IMG/VR virus record: IMGVR_UViG_3300017971_000130
Span: 1-40,646 of that record
DNA length: 40,646 nt
Direction: 5' to 3' (one strand)
Source: a virus
Lineage: Duplodnaviria; Caudoviricetes
Positions within the stretch are counted from its first letter, which is position 1; each line of letters starts with the position of its first letter. Shown in pieces: positions 7,756 through 16,406 of this stretch. The position numbers were made by a program, and so were the translations under genes. The notes under the pieces are model-generated. The model ran no database searches and was not told where the DNA came from. It worked only from the letters and a program-made list of their open reading frames with translations.

Positions 7756-10020
7756 TTAAAATACATCATCTTTTTCTTTATCCGGTAATTTATCGATAGG
7801 AGTGTAATTTGTCAGCGGTCTTTCATTAATAGTCTGTAAAAATTCTTTGAAGTCTTCATCATTAGCAAAATTAATCGGGATGAACCTTCCAGCTTTACCA
7901 CGCAACTTCTTAGTTTTCGTATCATAGCCTTTGAAGTTTAAAATGGCGTGTAATCGTTTAGGATTTAGCCTGACGCCAGTTTTGGTTTGTAAATATCCTA
8001 ATAAAACACTGGGAATAACAAGGTAGCATTCATCTTCTTTTATATCTGCTGGTTCTGTATATATTTTTAAAAGTTCTTCTTCTGCGATATCAATCTTAAA
8101 TCTACCACTAACATCATTTAAATTTTTCACATCTTCTTTTTTAAGCATCCAATCATTACCGATTTTACTCCATTCATTATAAGCTTGGATAAAAAGCTTA
8201 TTTTTATCTATCGCCTCAAATTTAGGTAAATCAATATCATTGACTTGGATTGGAATGATCCTTCTATTTCCAGTAAAGTCTTCCAATAATTCAGTGGTGT
8301 TAGTGGTGCCGGCAAATACGCATAGCCTTTTCTTTATAATAGGATATCTGCCGTATGGTGGTCTGTAAGTTATCTCATCTTTTGAAACAAGCTCTTTAAA
8401 ATCCTTTACTTCACGTCTGGTTTTTCCGGTATACTCATCATCAAGAATTATTAATTTTTCAGTCATTAGTCTTAAATCGTCTTTGTCTGTTTTATCGATC
8501 CCTTTAGTGGTGAAATATTCTCGTAAATCGTCTGGTAAAAGATTTCTAAAAAATTGAGTTTTCCCTATTCCTTGCCCACCGGAAAATATTAGAACTAAAA
8601 TCGAGTGCGTGCCGTGTATTGAAGATATCATACCTAAATACCATGATTTGAAAAACTTGTATAATAAATCAGGCTCCATATCAGCATCAAGACAGCTTGT
8701 AATTTCTTTGAAATAATCTACACCATTTAGATCGATATTCTGGTGGGTTTGGATAAACCGTTTAAAGGGATTAAATGGATTGGTCAATTTAACAGAATTA
8801 AATATAGATTGTATATCCGCAGCTGCGAATTTCAAGCCCATAAAATCGAGTAAATTCATCCGGATTTTATCCAGAAATTCATCCCTTAATGGTTGACCTT
8901 CCACGAGTAGTGTCTCGGTGATTTCGTTAAATTTTACATCATATAAATGGTCAACTATAATCTTTAGAATGTCTATTCGTCTGGTGTATTTAATTAGGTT
9001 ATTTTTATCAGCTCTTCTCATGTCGTAAACTTCATCAATTGCATCGAGTTCTGCCTGATCCTTATATCGGCTTTTTAGCTCTTCTTTGTCCCTACTGAAT
9101 GACGTGAATATTGCGGCTATTTCCTTGACCTGTTCTAAATTCTCATTGATAATCGGGATGCCTGCTTCTTTAGCATAATAAAGGAAAGTCTTAATTGAAA
9201 CAGAGTCATCTCTGGTCTTATTATAATGCTCTAAGCACTGATCAAATTGTCTGTCGCAACTCATCTCATTATAATTAGGATAGAATTGCGAAACCTTATG
9301 GAATCTACCACGAGCCTCATCTTTATATTTAGCTATAAGGCTAAAGCATATTTTCACCCATACTTCATAGTCGGTAGTGATATCAATTTCTTCATCAATT
9401 ATCTTTTGTATTACTTGGTCTATTTCATTATTGGTTAAGTCTACTTTAATTGTAGACTTCTCTGGGTTTTTATTGTCCTCTACAATTTGGGTAAATGGCT
9501 GGGCAGTTTTATTGAAGTATGCTTCTGGATCATAAGAGATAAATCTGGCTCTGGTAATATCCTTACAAGCTGGATCGATGATAACATTATATCGGTGAAG
9601 GTAGTAATTCTCTAAGGCTAAAAAGTGATTGCCGAATTTCTCTTTGCTTCTCGGCACTAAATGGCATACGGCTAATCCACGACCGGATACAGATACATGA
9701 GCCCATTCCACTGTTGGGTCTTTTTTAAGTTGTTCTAACAAAGCTCCAAAATCTAAACCTGGATTGCTCTTAGCATCAACATCAGCAACCATCCTACCGG
9801 AAGCAGATATCAAATTCTTCAAATCTCTTTTACTGAATAATCCCGATGGCGTAACTAAGGGAAGGTATTTTTTCTGTATTTTTCCATTTCGATAATCTTC
9901 AACTTTGGACTTCCACTTTCCTTCTTTAATATACTCTATGTATTGTTCATTAGTTAATTTTGATTCTGGTATTGGTTCCAAAGCGGAATGAAAAAATGAG
10001 ATAAAAGTGCCTTGCGCCAT
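7756..10020 (-). CDS. Primase-helicase: VirE_N/BT4734-like domain + PriCT-2 + VirE/VapE P-loop helicase
   Basis: LPLVTPSGLF, DVD, SVSGRGL and DPACKDITRARFISYDP (VirE_N); YEVWVKICFSL (PriCT-2); GGQGIGKT, LDDE, YRPPYGR and FTGNRR (VirE). Confidence 0.88.
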   Translation of the reverse strand: MAQGTFISFFHSALEPIPESKLTNEQYIEYIKEGKWKSKVEDYRNGKIQKKYLPLVTPSGLFSKRDLKNLISASGRMVADVDAKSNPGLDFGALLEQLKKDPTVEWAHVSVSGRGLAVCHLVPRSKEKFGNHFLALENYYLHRYNVIIDPACKDITRARFISYDPEAYFNKTAQPFTQIVEDNKNPEKSTIKVDLTNNEIDQVIQKIIDEEIDITTDYEVWVKICFSLIAKYKDEARGRFHKVSQFYPNYNEMSCDRQFDQCLEHYNKTRDDSVSIKTFLYYAKEAGIPIINENLEQVKEIAAIFTSFSRDKEELKSRYKDQAELDAIDEVYDMRRADKNNLIKYTRRIDILKIIVDHLYDVKFNEITETLLVEGQPLRDEFLDKIRMNLLDFMGLKFAAADIQSIFNSVKLTNPFNPFKRFIQTHQNIDLNGVDYFKEITSCLDADMEPDLLYKFFKSWYLGMISSIHGTHSILVLIFSGGQGIGKTQFFRNLLPDDLREYFTTKGIDKTDKDDLRLMTEKLIILDDEYTGKTRREVKDFKELVSKDEITYRPPYGRYPIIKKRLCVFAGTTNTTELLEDFTGNRRIIPIQVNDIDLPKFEAIDKNKLFIQAYNEWSKIGNDWMLKKEDVKNLNDVSGRFKIDIAEEELLKIYTEPADIKEDECYLVIPSVLLGYLQTKTGVRLNPKRLHAILNFKGYDTKTKKLRGKAGRFIPINFANDEDFKEFLQTINERPLTNYTPIDKLPDKEKDDVF

Positions 10021-10189
10021 TTCAAGCTCCCTTTTGAATGTGCTAAGAAAAATATATTTTTTTATAAGGATAAAACCGACCGTATAATATACGAAAAAGA
10101 AGGCTCGAAAAAAAATTTTTTACTTTTCCTTTTTTATCCTTATATTTAAAAAGGCTCGAAAATAAATATTTAACTAATTAGGATTTAAG
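10021..10189. promoter_or_regulatory. Divergent promoter region between primase and helicase operon
   Basis: Rightward TTTACT-16-TATATT (10119-10146); leftward TTTTCGTATATT; inverted TTTATCCTTATA pair; direct repeat AAGGCTCGAAAA x2. Confidence 0.6.
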
Positions 10190-11599
10190 ATGAAAATTAA
10201 GAAGCAACTTTCCTATGATTATCTTTACGCCCACCAACAAGAAACTGTCCAGAAATTTTTAGACTTGCCATTCTCTCATCCTTATTTCGCTGATTTATCA
10301 CAGCCGGGCACTGGCAAAACTTTAGTACAGATTTATATGTTACAACAGCTATTCGTTGATCCGGTTTTAATCATCTGTCCCAAATCAATTATGGAGTCGG
10401 TTTGGAAGGAGCAATTAAGCGAATACTTTCCAGATTATACGATCCAAATTTTGGTCGGGGGCACGGCTAAAATAAAGAAGGCTTTAAAGGATGGTGTGAA
10501 GTCTTTTAACATAATAAATTATGATTCTTTCTGGAGAGTCTATGACGAGTTAAATGAGATTGATTGGAAATATATAATCCTTGACGAGTCTACTAAGATT
10601 AAGAATATTAAGAGCAAGAGAACACAAGCCATTTTAGCATTAGCTCGAAATCAAATGAGCAGAACTTCTAAGGATAACCAGCCGAGATATAGAGCTATAA
10701 TGACTGGAACCATTGCCCCTAATAACCTGCTGGATATATTTACCCAATTGCGATTTCTTAGCTGGTCTGTTTTCGATATAACAGCTACATCAATTAAAGC
10801 TGAGTTTTATAAATTCCGGTATAGGTATTTTTATCAGCCGCCATGGCTTGAATATTCTTGGATTCCGCACGATGATACATATGATATAATCCTAAATAAA
10901 ATCAATAAATTTTCCGTACAGCATAAGAAAAGAGATTGCGTTGATTTGCCCCCGATCACTTCTGAGATTAGGACATATAGCCTTCTAAAAGAGCAAGAAA
11001 CCTTATACATGGAAATTAAAAATGATTGCTTATACCAGATTGATGAAGAGCTTTACACAGTAGACTTTATTATGACCCAGCTTATGAAATTGAGACAGGT
11101 GTCATCTGGTTTCCTATTTTACGAGGATGATATGACCCATAGATTTAAAACCGGAAAAGTGGAAGTGCTGGATGAGATTATTGAAGAACTTGGAGATGAT
11201 CAAGCTTTGCTATTTAACCACTTTATAGAATCTGCGTCATTTTTAAACAACCATTTAGGTGATAAAGTTCTCCACTTAACATCTGGTGATAAAGAAGTTC
11301 AGGAGAAAATAGAATCATTTAGGAATGGAGATTATCAATTCCTTTTAATGAATCCTAAATCTTACGCCCATGGGTTAAATCTCCAATTTTGCTCTAATAT
11401 AATTAGGTGGGAGCTTGACTGGGATTTAGAATCCTATCTCCAAAGCCGTGACCGGATTAATAGGATTGGTCAGATGAGCCCGATGACTGAATATTTCATC
11501 ATTAATAAGCTTATAGAGAAATATATATATGATAACCTATTAAGCAAAAGAAAGATGAATGTAAAGCTTGATATTAACCGGATAAGGGAGAGTCTATGA
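10190..11599 (+). CDS. SNF2-family (SF2) helicase
   Basis: PGTGKT, ILDEST, MTGT, HGLNLQ and QSRDRINRIGQ motifs. Confidence 0.92.
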   Translation: MKIKKQLSYDYLYAHQQETVQKFLDLPFSHPYFADLSQPGTGKTLVQIYMLQQLFVDPVLIICPKSIMESVWKEQLSEYFPDYTIQILVGGTAKIKKALKDGVKSFNIINYDSFWRVYDELNEIDWKYIILDESTKIKNIKSKRTQAILALARNQMSRTSKDNQPRYRAIMTGTIAPNNLLDIFTQLRFLSWSVFDITATSIKAEFYKFRYRYFYQPPWLEYSWIPHDDTYDIILNKINKFSVQHKKRDCVDLPPITSEIRTYSLLKEQETLYMEIKNDCLYQIDEELYTVDFIMTQLMKLRQVSSGFLFYEDDMTHRFKTGKVEVLDEIIEELGDDQALLFNHFIESASFLNNHLGDKVLHLTSGDKEVQEKIESFRNGDYQFLLMNPKSYAHGLNLQFCSNIIRWELDWDLESYLQSRDRINRIGQMSPMTEYFIINKLIEKYIYDNLLSKRKMNVKLDINRIRESL

Positions 11600-11835
11600 A
11601 GATAACAGTTTTAAAAGATTCGGATGACCTTGTTAAAAGATGGCTTGATATCGAAGAGTGGTACATAGTTCCATATATCGCTATCAGCAATGATTTTGAC
11701 AGTATTTATGATAAGTTTTTTGCAACTAATAAAAAGACGGGAGAAATGAAAAGTGAATTCAAGACGATCGAAGAAGCAAAGAATTGGATCAAAGAAAGAG
11801 AATCAAATGATGGAAAGAAGAGCAATGGAAAATAA
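11596..11835 (+). CDS. Hypothetical protein (79 aa)
   Basis: ATGA overlap with the helicase stop; SD GGAG. Confidence 0.7.
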   Translation: MKITVLKDSDDLVKRWLDIEEWYIVPYIAISNDFDSIYDKFFATNKKTGEMKSEFKTIEEAKNWIKERESNDGKKSNGK

Positions 11836-11968
11836 GCTCGATGAAATCTATTCCAGCGGTGCAAAAAAAGCTCCTAACGCCCATGTAGATTTTATAAATA
11901 AAAGGATGGCTTGGGATAAAATGCTACTTCATAGAGTCATTAACGAATATAGGTATGGACGAATATGA
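11807..11968 (+). CDS. Hypothetical protein (about 53 aa; start uncertain)
   Basis: Fills the operon gap; ATG at 11807 is in the ORF-track frame. Confidence 0.5.
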   Translation: MMERRAMENKLDEIYSSGAKKAPNAHVDFINKRMAWDKMLLHRVINEYRYGRI

Positions 11969-12066
11969 TTGAAGAACTTTTAATGCTTTATAATGGATTT
12001 ATTATAGCCTATTTTATATATGATACTTTTCTCGGCTATACTGGGAAGGAAAACAAATTATGGTAG
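11965..12066 (+). CDS. Small hydrophobic peptide (33 aa, MIEELLMLYNGFIIAYFIYDTFLGYTGKENKLW)
   Basis: ATGA coupling with the previous stop; fills the gap before the SD of the next gene; below the ORF-track size cutoff. Confidence 0.45.
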   Translation: MIEELLMLYNGFIIAYFIYDTFLGYTGKENKLW

Positions 12067-12079
12067 GAGAGTTACCACT

Positions 12080-12577
12080 ATGAAATATTTGATCTTATTT
12101 GCTTTTTTATCAGGTTTTTCTAATAACATAATGGATACAATAATTCATCACTGCCGGAACGATAATCAGAATTGGGTACAGAAATGGGTTTGGAATGTTT
12201 TATCTAAATTTGGTGATTGGAAAATTAAGCCATTTACAAAATTACGATTCCTAATGTATATTTCCCGATTCCAGTATTGGTTTACTTATAATGATGTTTG
12301 GAAAGAATGGGATGATTTAGATGATCGCCCAATGTTCCCAGTTTTATATTGGATAGGAAATTATCATTTTAAAATTTTCAATAGAACTATTTATCCATTT
12401 CACTGGATCGCTATTTATAAAGACGGATGGCACTTCTTCAAGTGGTGGTGCCTCGGCTTATTGGGTTTATCCGGTCTATGGGCAAGCAACTTAATAGATT
12501 TAATAATTATGGCTTTTAGCTGGTTTGTAGGATTCTTTCCTATGTACCAAACTTATCGAATTTGGAAGGAGAAATAA
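12080..12577 (+). CDS. Trp-rich membrane protein
   Basis: SD AGGAG, ATG at 12080; hydrophobic N- and C-terminal segments; DGWHFFK motif. Confidence 0.7.
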   Translation: MKYLILFAFLSGFSNNIMDTIIHHCRNDNQNWVQKWVWNVLSKFGDWKIKPFTKLRFLMYISRFQYWFTYNDVWKEWDDLDDRPMFPVLYWIGNYHFKIFNRTIYPFHWIAIYKDGWHFFKWWCLGLLGLSGLWASNLIDLIIMAFSWFVGFFPMYQTYRIWKEK

Positions 12578-12904
12578 ATGGCATGGCATTGGCAAATTAC
12601 ACTGGAAATCCCTGCTAAGATTATAGTCCAAGATGAAATTGATTGCAATTTGGAAGCTCTCGGTATAGATAGCGCAGAGCAAAAAGTGGAAGTGGTGAAA
12701 CAATACATACAATTAGGCTCAATAGCTACTTGGAGGCAAGCCAGCCTTGCTGAAGGTGGGAAGGATACTTTGATTGTAATGGATAGTGGTGAATATATTA
12801 TCAGCCCTATTCACGTGGATCAATTTACCAAATTCTTTTTTACCGCACTACAAGAGCACGGAATAAAATTTGAAACTAAAACATTAGATTTAGAAAAGGA
12901 GTAA
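12578..12904 (+). CDS. Hypothetical protein (108 aa)
   Basis: SD AAGGAG; abuts the previous gene. Confidence 0.75.
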   Translation: MAWHWQITLEIPAKIIVQDEIDCNLEALGIDSAEQKVEVVKQYIQLGSIATWRQASLAEGGKDTLIVMDSGEYIISPIHVDQFTKFFFTALQEHGIKFETKTLDLEKE

Positions 12905-12906
12905 AC

Positions 12907-13236
12907 ATGCCAAAGAAAAGAGTATTTTTTCTCAACTGGGCTGGGCACGATTTAAGACCAGCGAAAAAGTTTTCAGATGAAATAATAATGATCACGAAGG
13001 GTGATCAGGATTTATTTGAACTCGACCGATTAAGGTACAGAATCAGAGAGTCCCTAACAAGGCATAATTTTAATACTGATACAGATTATCTTGTGCTGTC
13101 CGGATCGAGCATCATGACTTATATAGTCGGCACTATTATGGGAGAACAATTCCAGCACGTTACCGTCTTGTTATGGGATGCTAAAAAGCAAACCTATAAA
13201 GTGCAGGATCATTCACCCAAAACCAATAAAATATAA
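12907..13236 (+). CDS. Small alpha/beta protein, possibly CARF/Csx20-like
   Basis: SD AAGGAG; VFFLNWAGHDL...DYLVLSGSSIMTYIVG...VTVLLWD pattern. The gene is solid; the fold call is tentative. Confidence 0.6.
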   Translation: MPKKRVFFLNWAGHDLRPAKKFSDEIIMITKGDQDLFELDRLRYRIRESLTRHNFNTDTDYLVLSGSSIMTYIVGTIMGEQFQHVTVLLWDAKKQTYKVQDHSPKTNKI

Positions 13237-13245
13237 GGAGAAAAT

Positions 13246-13680
13246 ATGGAAGATCAAGTTGTAGACATTATCACTGAGCCCATGGATCGGAATAAGCCGA
13301 TTGGAGCAAGGATCGATAGGCTTCAAGAAATCCGTGTAGAAAAAGCTCGACTAAATTCTCAGATTAAACAACTTAATGAAGTTTATTCTAATATTGAAAA
13401 AGGCGTGCTTGAAGAGATGGAACATTTGGAGATTGATAAGGCTTCAGGAGCTACTGCTTCAGTGACCTATAAAATAGAAACCTATGCTGGAGTTGAAGAC
13501 ATTGAAGCTTTCCTGAAATGGGTTATGTCCAATGGGTCATTCGAGTTTGTACAGAAGAGAGTTAACAGTGCTCCTGTTAAGGCTATGTATGAAATTGAAA
13601 ATGAGTTGCCTGATGGAATAGGAGTCCATACTGAGCCCAAATTAAATATCCGGAAAAAAACCAAAGTGGAGTTTGCATGA
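13246..13680 (+). CDS. Coiled-coil phage replication-module protein (Gam/Gp157-like architecture)
   Basis: N-terminal coiled coil; C-terminal LPDGIGV..EPKLNIRK; strong SD. Confidence 0.55.
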   Translation: MEDQVVDIITEPMDRNKPIGARIDRLQEIRVEKARLNSQIKQLNEVYSNIEKGVLEEMEHLEIDKASGATASVTYKIETYAGVEDIEAFLKWVMSNGSFEFVQKRVNSAPVKAMYEIENELPDGIGVHTEPKLNIRKKTKVEFA

Positions 13681-13898
13681 TGGCAAGAGTAGCTGATGTG
13701 TTATTAGAAAATAACAAGTTGTATGTTTGGGATGGTGAAAAAACTATAATATTTTCAAAATTGGGTGTTGAAAATATTAAGAATTTTAGTGATGGCACTA
13801 AAGAAATAAAACTTATCACCAATAAGCCTATGCTAATTTCACCATTCAACTTAACCATAAAAGAAAGGAGAAAAAAGAAGAAGAAAAAGAAGAAGTAA
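13677..13898 (+). CDS. Hypothetical protein with poly-Lys tail (73 aa)
   Basis: ATGA overlap; SD GGAG; ends RRKKKKKKK. Confidence 0.6.
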   Translation: MMARVADVLLENNKLYVWDGEKTIIFSKLGVENIKNFSDGTKEIKLITNKPMLISPFNLTIKERRKKKKKKKK

Positions 13899-13937
13899 CA
13901 ACCTAATTAATTCAACCTAATAACTAAGGAGAAACAA

Positions 13938-14732
13938 ATGAGTGGTAAAGAAATCGTAAAACAAGATGATTATTCTCATCTTAAAATTATGACTGGTGCT
14001 GAAGAAGTAAAAGGCTTGGCTCCATTGTCTGAAGAGATGATGCTGGTGCCGAGAATTAAATTGGTACAGCCATTATCTGATGAAGTATCAGCAATGAAAT
14101 ACCAAGCAGGGATTTTAATTGATTCTATTTCCAAAGATATTCTTTGTGAGGATGGCTCTCTGGAAATCGTTCCGATTATGTATAAAGAAAGCCGATTGAT
14201 GTACCATCCAATCGATTCTGGTGGTGGTGTAAAATGCATGTCGGCTGATGGCAAAACTGGTAATGGTGATCCGGGTGGCAGTTGTTTAAATTGCCAATAT
14301 CGCCAGTGGGCTAAAAAGTACAATGAGAAGACAAAGAAAGAAGAAAATGTACAGGAATGTTCCACTGTTGCGAACATCGTTTGTATTCCGGTTAATGTTC
14401 CGGTGGAAAATCAATATCCTATCATAGCAACTTTCATGAAAACTTCATTCCCTACCGGAAAGAAATTGATCAACTCAATCTACCAGAAAAGAGTTAACCC
14501 ATGGCACTTCAAATACGAGATATTCACCGAGCTTGTAAAAGGAGAAAAAGGAACGTATTATGAGATGCGTTTTAAGCCATCTGGTAAAGCTCCTGAAGCA
14601 ATCGTAGAATACATGGAAAGTATTTTTGATTTAATGAATGAAAAAGGTTACGATGTTCATTATGATGAAGGTGAAATGGAAGCTGAAGCTGAAGCTATGG
14701 CGGATGCAGACAGTGATGATACATTCAAATAA
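13938..14732 (+). CDS. Putative ssDNA-binding protein (OB-fold type, possible Zn ligands)
   Basis: PRIKLVQPLS motif, C...CxxC...C, acidic C-terminal tail ending DDTFK; strong SD and a following terminator. Confidence 0.65.
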   Translation: MSGKEIVKQDDYSHLKIMTGAEEVKGLAPLSEEMMLVPRIKLVQPLSDEVSAMKYQAGILIDSISKDILCEDGSLEIVPIMYKESRLMYHPIDSGGGVKCMSADGKTGNGDPGGSCLNCQYRQWAKKYNEKTKKEENVQECSTVANIVCIPVNVPVENQYPIIATFMKTSFPTGKKLINSIYQKRVNPWHFKYEIFTELVKGEKGTYYEMRFKPSGKAPEAIVEYMESIFDLMNEKGYDVHYDEGEMEAEAEAMADADSDDTFK

Positions 14733-14743
14733 GTAGTAAATTT

Positions 14744-14771
14744 AATAGGCAGGGCATTTGCCCTGTCTATT
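14744..14771 (+). terminator. Hairpin terminator/attenuator after the SSB-like gene
   Basis: AATAGGCAGGGCA-TT-TGCCCTGTCTATT. Confidence 0.7.
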
Positions 14772-14797
14772 TATAATAACCTAATTATGGAGAAAAG

Positions 14798-15028
14798 ATG
14801 AGTGCTAATGAAAGTCGAAATAGATGGGATGGTTTGAGAGTCGGTGATATGGTTTCTTTAAGATCACGTACAGGATTTACACGGGGAAAAGTTGTTGGAC
14901 TTTCCGCTACAGATAATAATAGAGTCATAGTTGATTGGTATGATGCTAATGGCAATCGAAAAAGAAAAGTAGAAGTTGCCGAATGGTTAAGGCTTGAACA
15001 AAAAGTTGAGGATATAGACCATGCTTAA
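14798..15028 (+). CDS. Small SH3/KOW-like protein (DUF2158/YodC-like pattern)
   Basis: LRVGDMVSLRS...GKVV...VIVDWYD. Confidence 0.55.
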   Translation: MSANESRNRWDGLRVGDMVSLRSRTGFTRGKVVGLSATDNNRVIVDWYDANGNRKRKVEVAEWLRLEQKVEDIDHA

Positions 15029-15236
15029 ATTCTTTTTATACATCTCAATAATGGGAACTATTCTCGGAATTGCTATCTGGAATGTTGGAGCTTTTTTTCT
15101 ATCTCCAAAAGATTTTTGCTTGCCTGAATTGATAATAGCTTTAGTGATTTTTATTTTTATGTGTATTTCCCTACAGGTAGAAAACATGAAATCTAAACCA
15201 AGAAAATATACGAAATATCAAAAAGGGAATAATTAA
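15021..15236 (+). CDS. Small two-TM membrane protein
   Basis: Two hydrophobic stretches, basic C-terminus, SD GAGG. Confidence 0.65.
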   Translation: MLKFFLYISIMGTILGIAIWNVGAFFLSPKDFCLPELIIALVIFIFMCISLQVENMKSKPRKYTKYQKGNN

Positions 15237-15310
15237 AAGATGTATAAGGCTATAAACAAAAATGATCCACTTTGCCCAGTAGTATCAGCAATCCATGTTT
15301 TCTTTTGTTC

Positions 15311-15365
15311 CGAGTGTAATTATATGGAGCAAACCGATCGTTTGTTAGAAGCCGAATTTGGAGCT
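15311..15365 (+). repeat. Dispersed element, copy D (core 15311-15340), upstream of the modification operon
   Basis: CGAGTGTAATTATATGGAGCAAACCGATCGTTTGTTAGAAGCCGAATTTGGAGCT, followed by promoter-like TTGATA-16-TATATT. Confidence 0.75.
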
Positions 15366-15427
15366 TTTAGAAGGTATTGATAAAATATATGATTTTCGTA
15401 TATTTATAAATAAAAAGGAATATTTAT

Positions 15428-15994
15428 ATGGATGAAGACAAATTAATTTTAGAGTTTGACGGCTACAAAATGTACCAATCAGCAAAATCATTAATGCTAA
15501 AACACAAAGATGGAACGGTAAAATGCTATGAAGGTTTAGACTATTTTGTAATAGTTAGGCTGATCCAACAAATTAAAAATTTAACTAATGACTTGAAGGA
15601 GTTTAAGATGAACAAAGACAGCAAGCAGTTTGAAAAAATTATGCTCGGCTTATTACCGGATGTCGAAAATGAGATTTTAAACATGATCGATTTACACAAA
15701 AAGAAATCTAAAGACTCAGGAAATAAATGGGCGCAAAATAAAAATACTTCTATTCTTGAAATGTTCTATGGTGGAATAAAAAGACCTTTTTCAAGACTGG
15801 AAAATTTTGCGGAAAAATGGCTGGTGGGAATATTCGAAAAAAATGTCGTGGCATCAGATAATGTTCTGGACTATTTAAGGGACATCGCAATTTATGCTAT
15901 TATGTTTTATGTGGTGATTAAAAATGACCACCTGAATTTAAACCGGATTTATTTCAAAGAATTAATTAAGGAGCATACTGATGAAAAAAAGTAA
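15428..15994 (+). CDS. Nucleotide-modification-associated domain 1 (Nmad1/DUF1599)-like protein; alternative internal start at 15608
   Basis: LHKKKSKDSGNKW...IKRPFSRLEN...DYLRDIAIYAIM resembles the KN.DYG..W / K..RL / DTL.DLANYA signature. Strong SD AAGGAG precedes ATG 15608. Confidence 0.65.
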   Translation: MDEDKLILEFDGYKMYQSAKSLMLKHKDGTVKCYEGLDYFVIVRLIQQIKNLTNDLKEFKMNKDSKQFEKIMLGLLPDVENEILNMIDLHKKKSKDSGNKWAQNKNTSILEMFYGGIKRPFSRLENFAEKWLVGIFEKNVVASDNVLDYLRDIAIYAIMFYVVIKNDHLNLNRIYFKELIKEHTDEKK

Positions 15995-16406
15995 TGTTTT
16001 GATTATTAATAAAAAAGAAGCTTGGTCTGAAATCAGTGATGGAGATGCATTGAAAACAATTCTAAATTATGAAGAAATCGAATTCACAGAAGCTTTTTTC
16101 TATGATCCCTTAATAACGGATTGCTCGCAGTATGACGCCATTTTCTTTATCACTCGATTTCGTGATCCATTGACTATGGTCGGACTTGGTCAAGCCACAA
16201 TGACTTATTCGGGCTTAATTATTACATTTGATATGAATCATACTGCTCCTAAATATGATCCCAGATTAACTGAATTAAGACATCATTTTCACAGAAAGAA
16301 TCCGTTGAAAAGATTTCTAAGGGATAGTGGCTTGTCAGTTATGGCTGGGATGACTCCATCAGAAGAGCAATATTTCAAGCAAAAGAGATCAAGGAGAAAT
16401 TCATGA
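15981..16406 (+). CDS. Divergent nucleoside 2-deoxyribosyltransferase/N-glycosidase-like protein
   Basis: YDAIFF...RDPLTMVGLGQA...LIITF aligns by eye with D.V.A...D.GT..E.G.A...PII; the catalytic Glu position appears to be Gly. Confidence 0.45.
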   Translation: MKKSNVLIINKKEAWSEISDGDALKTILNYEEIEFTEAFFYDPLITDCSQYDAIFFITRFRDPLTMVGLGQATMTYSGLIITFDMNHTAPKYDPRLTELRHHFHRKNPLKRFLRDSGLSVMAGMTPSEEQYFKQKRSRRNS

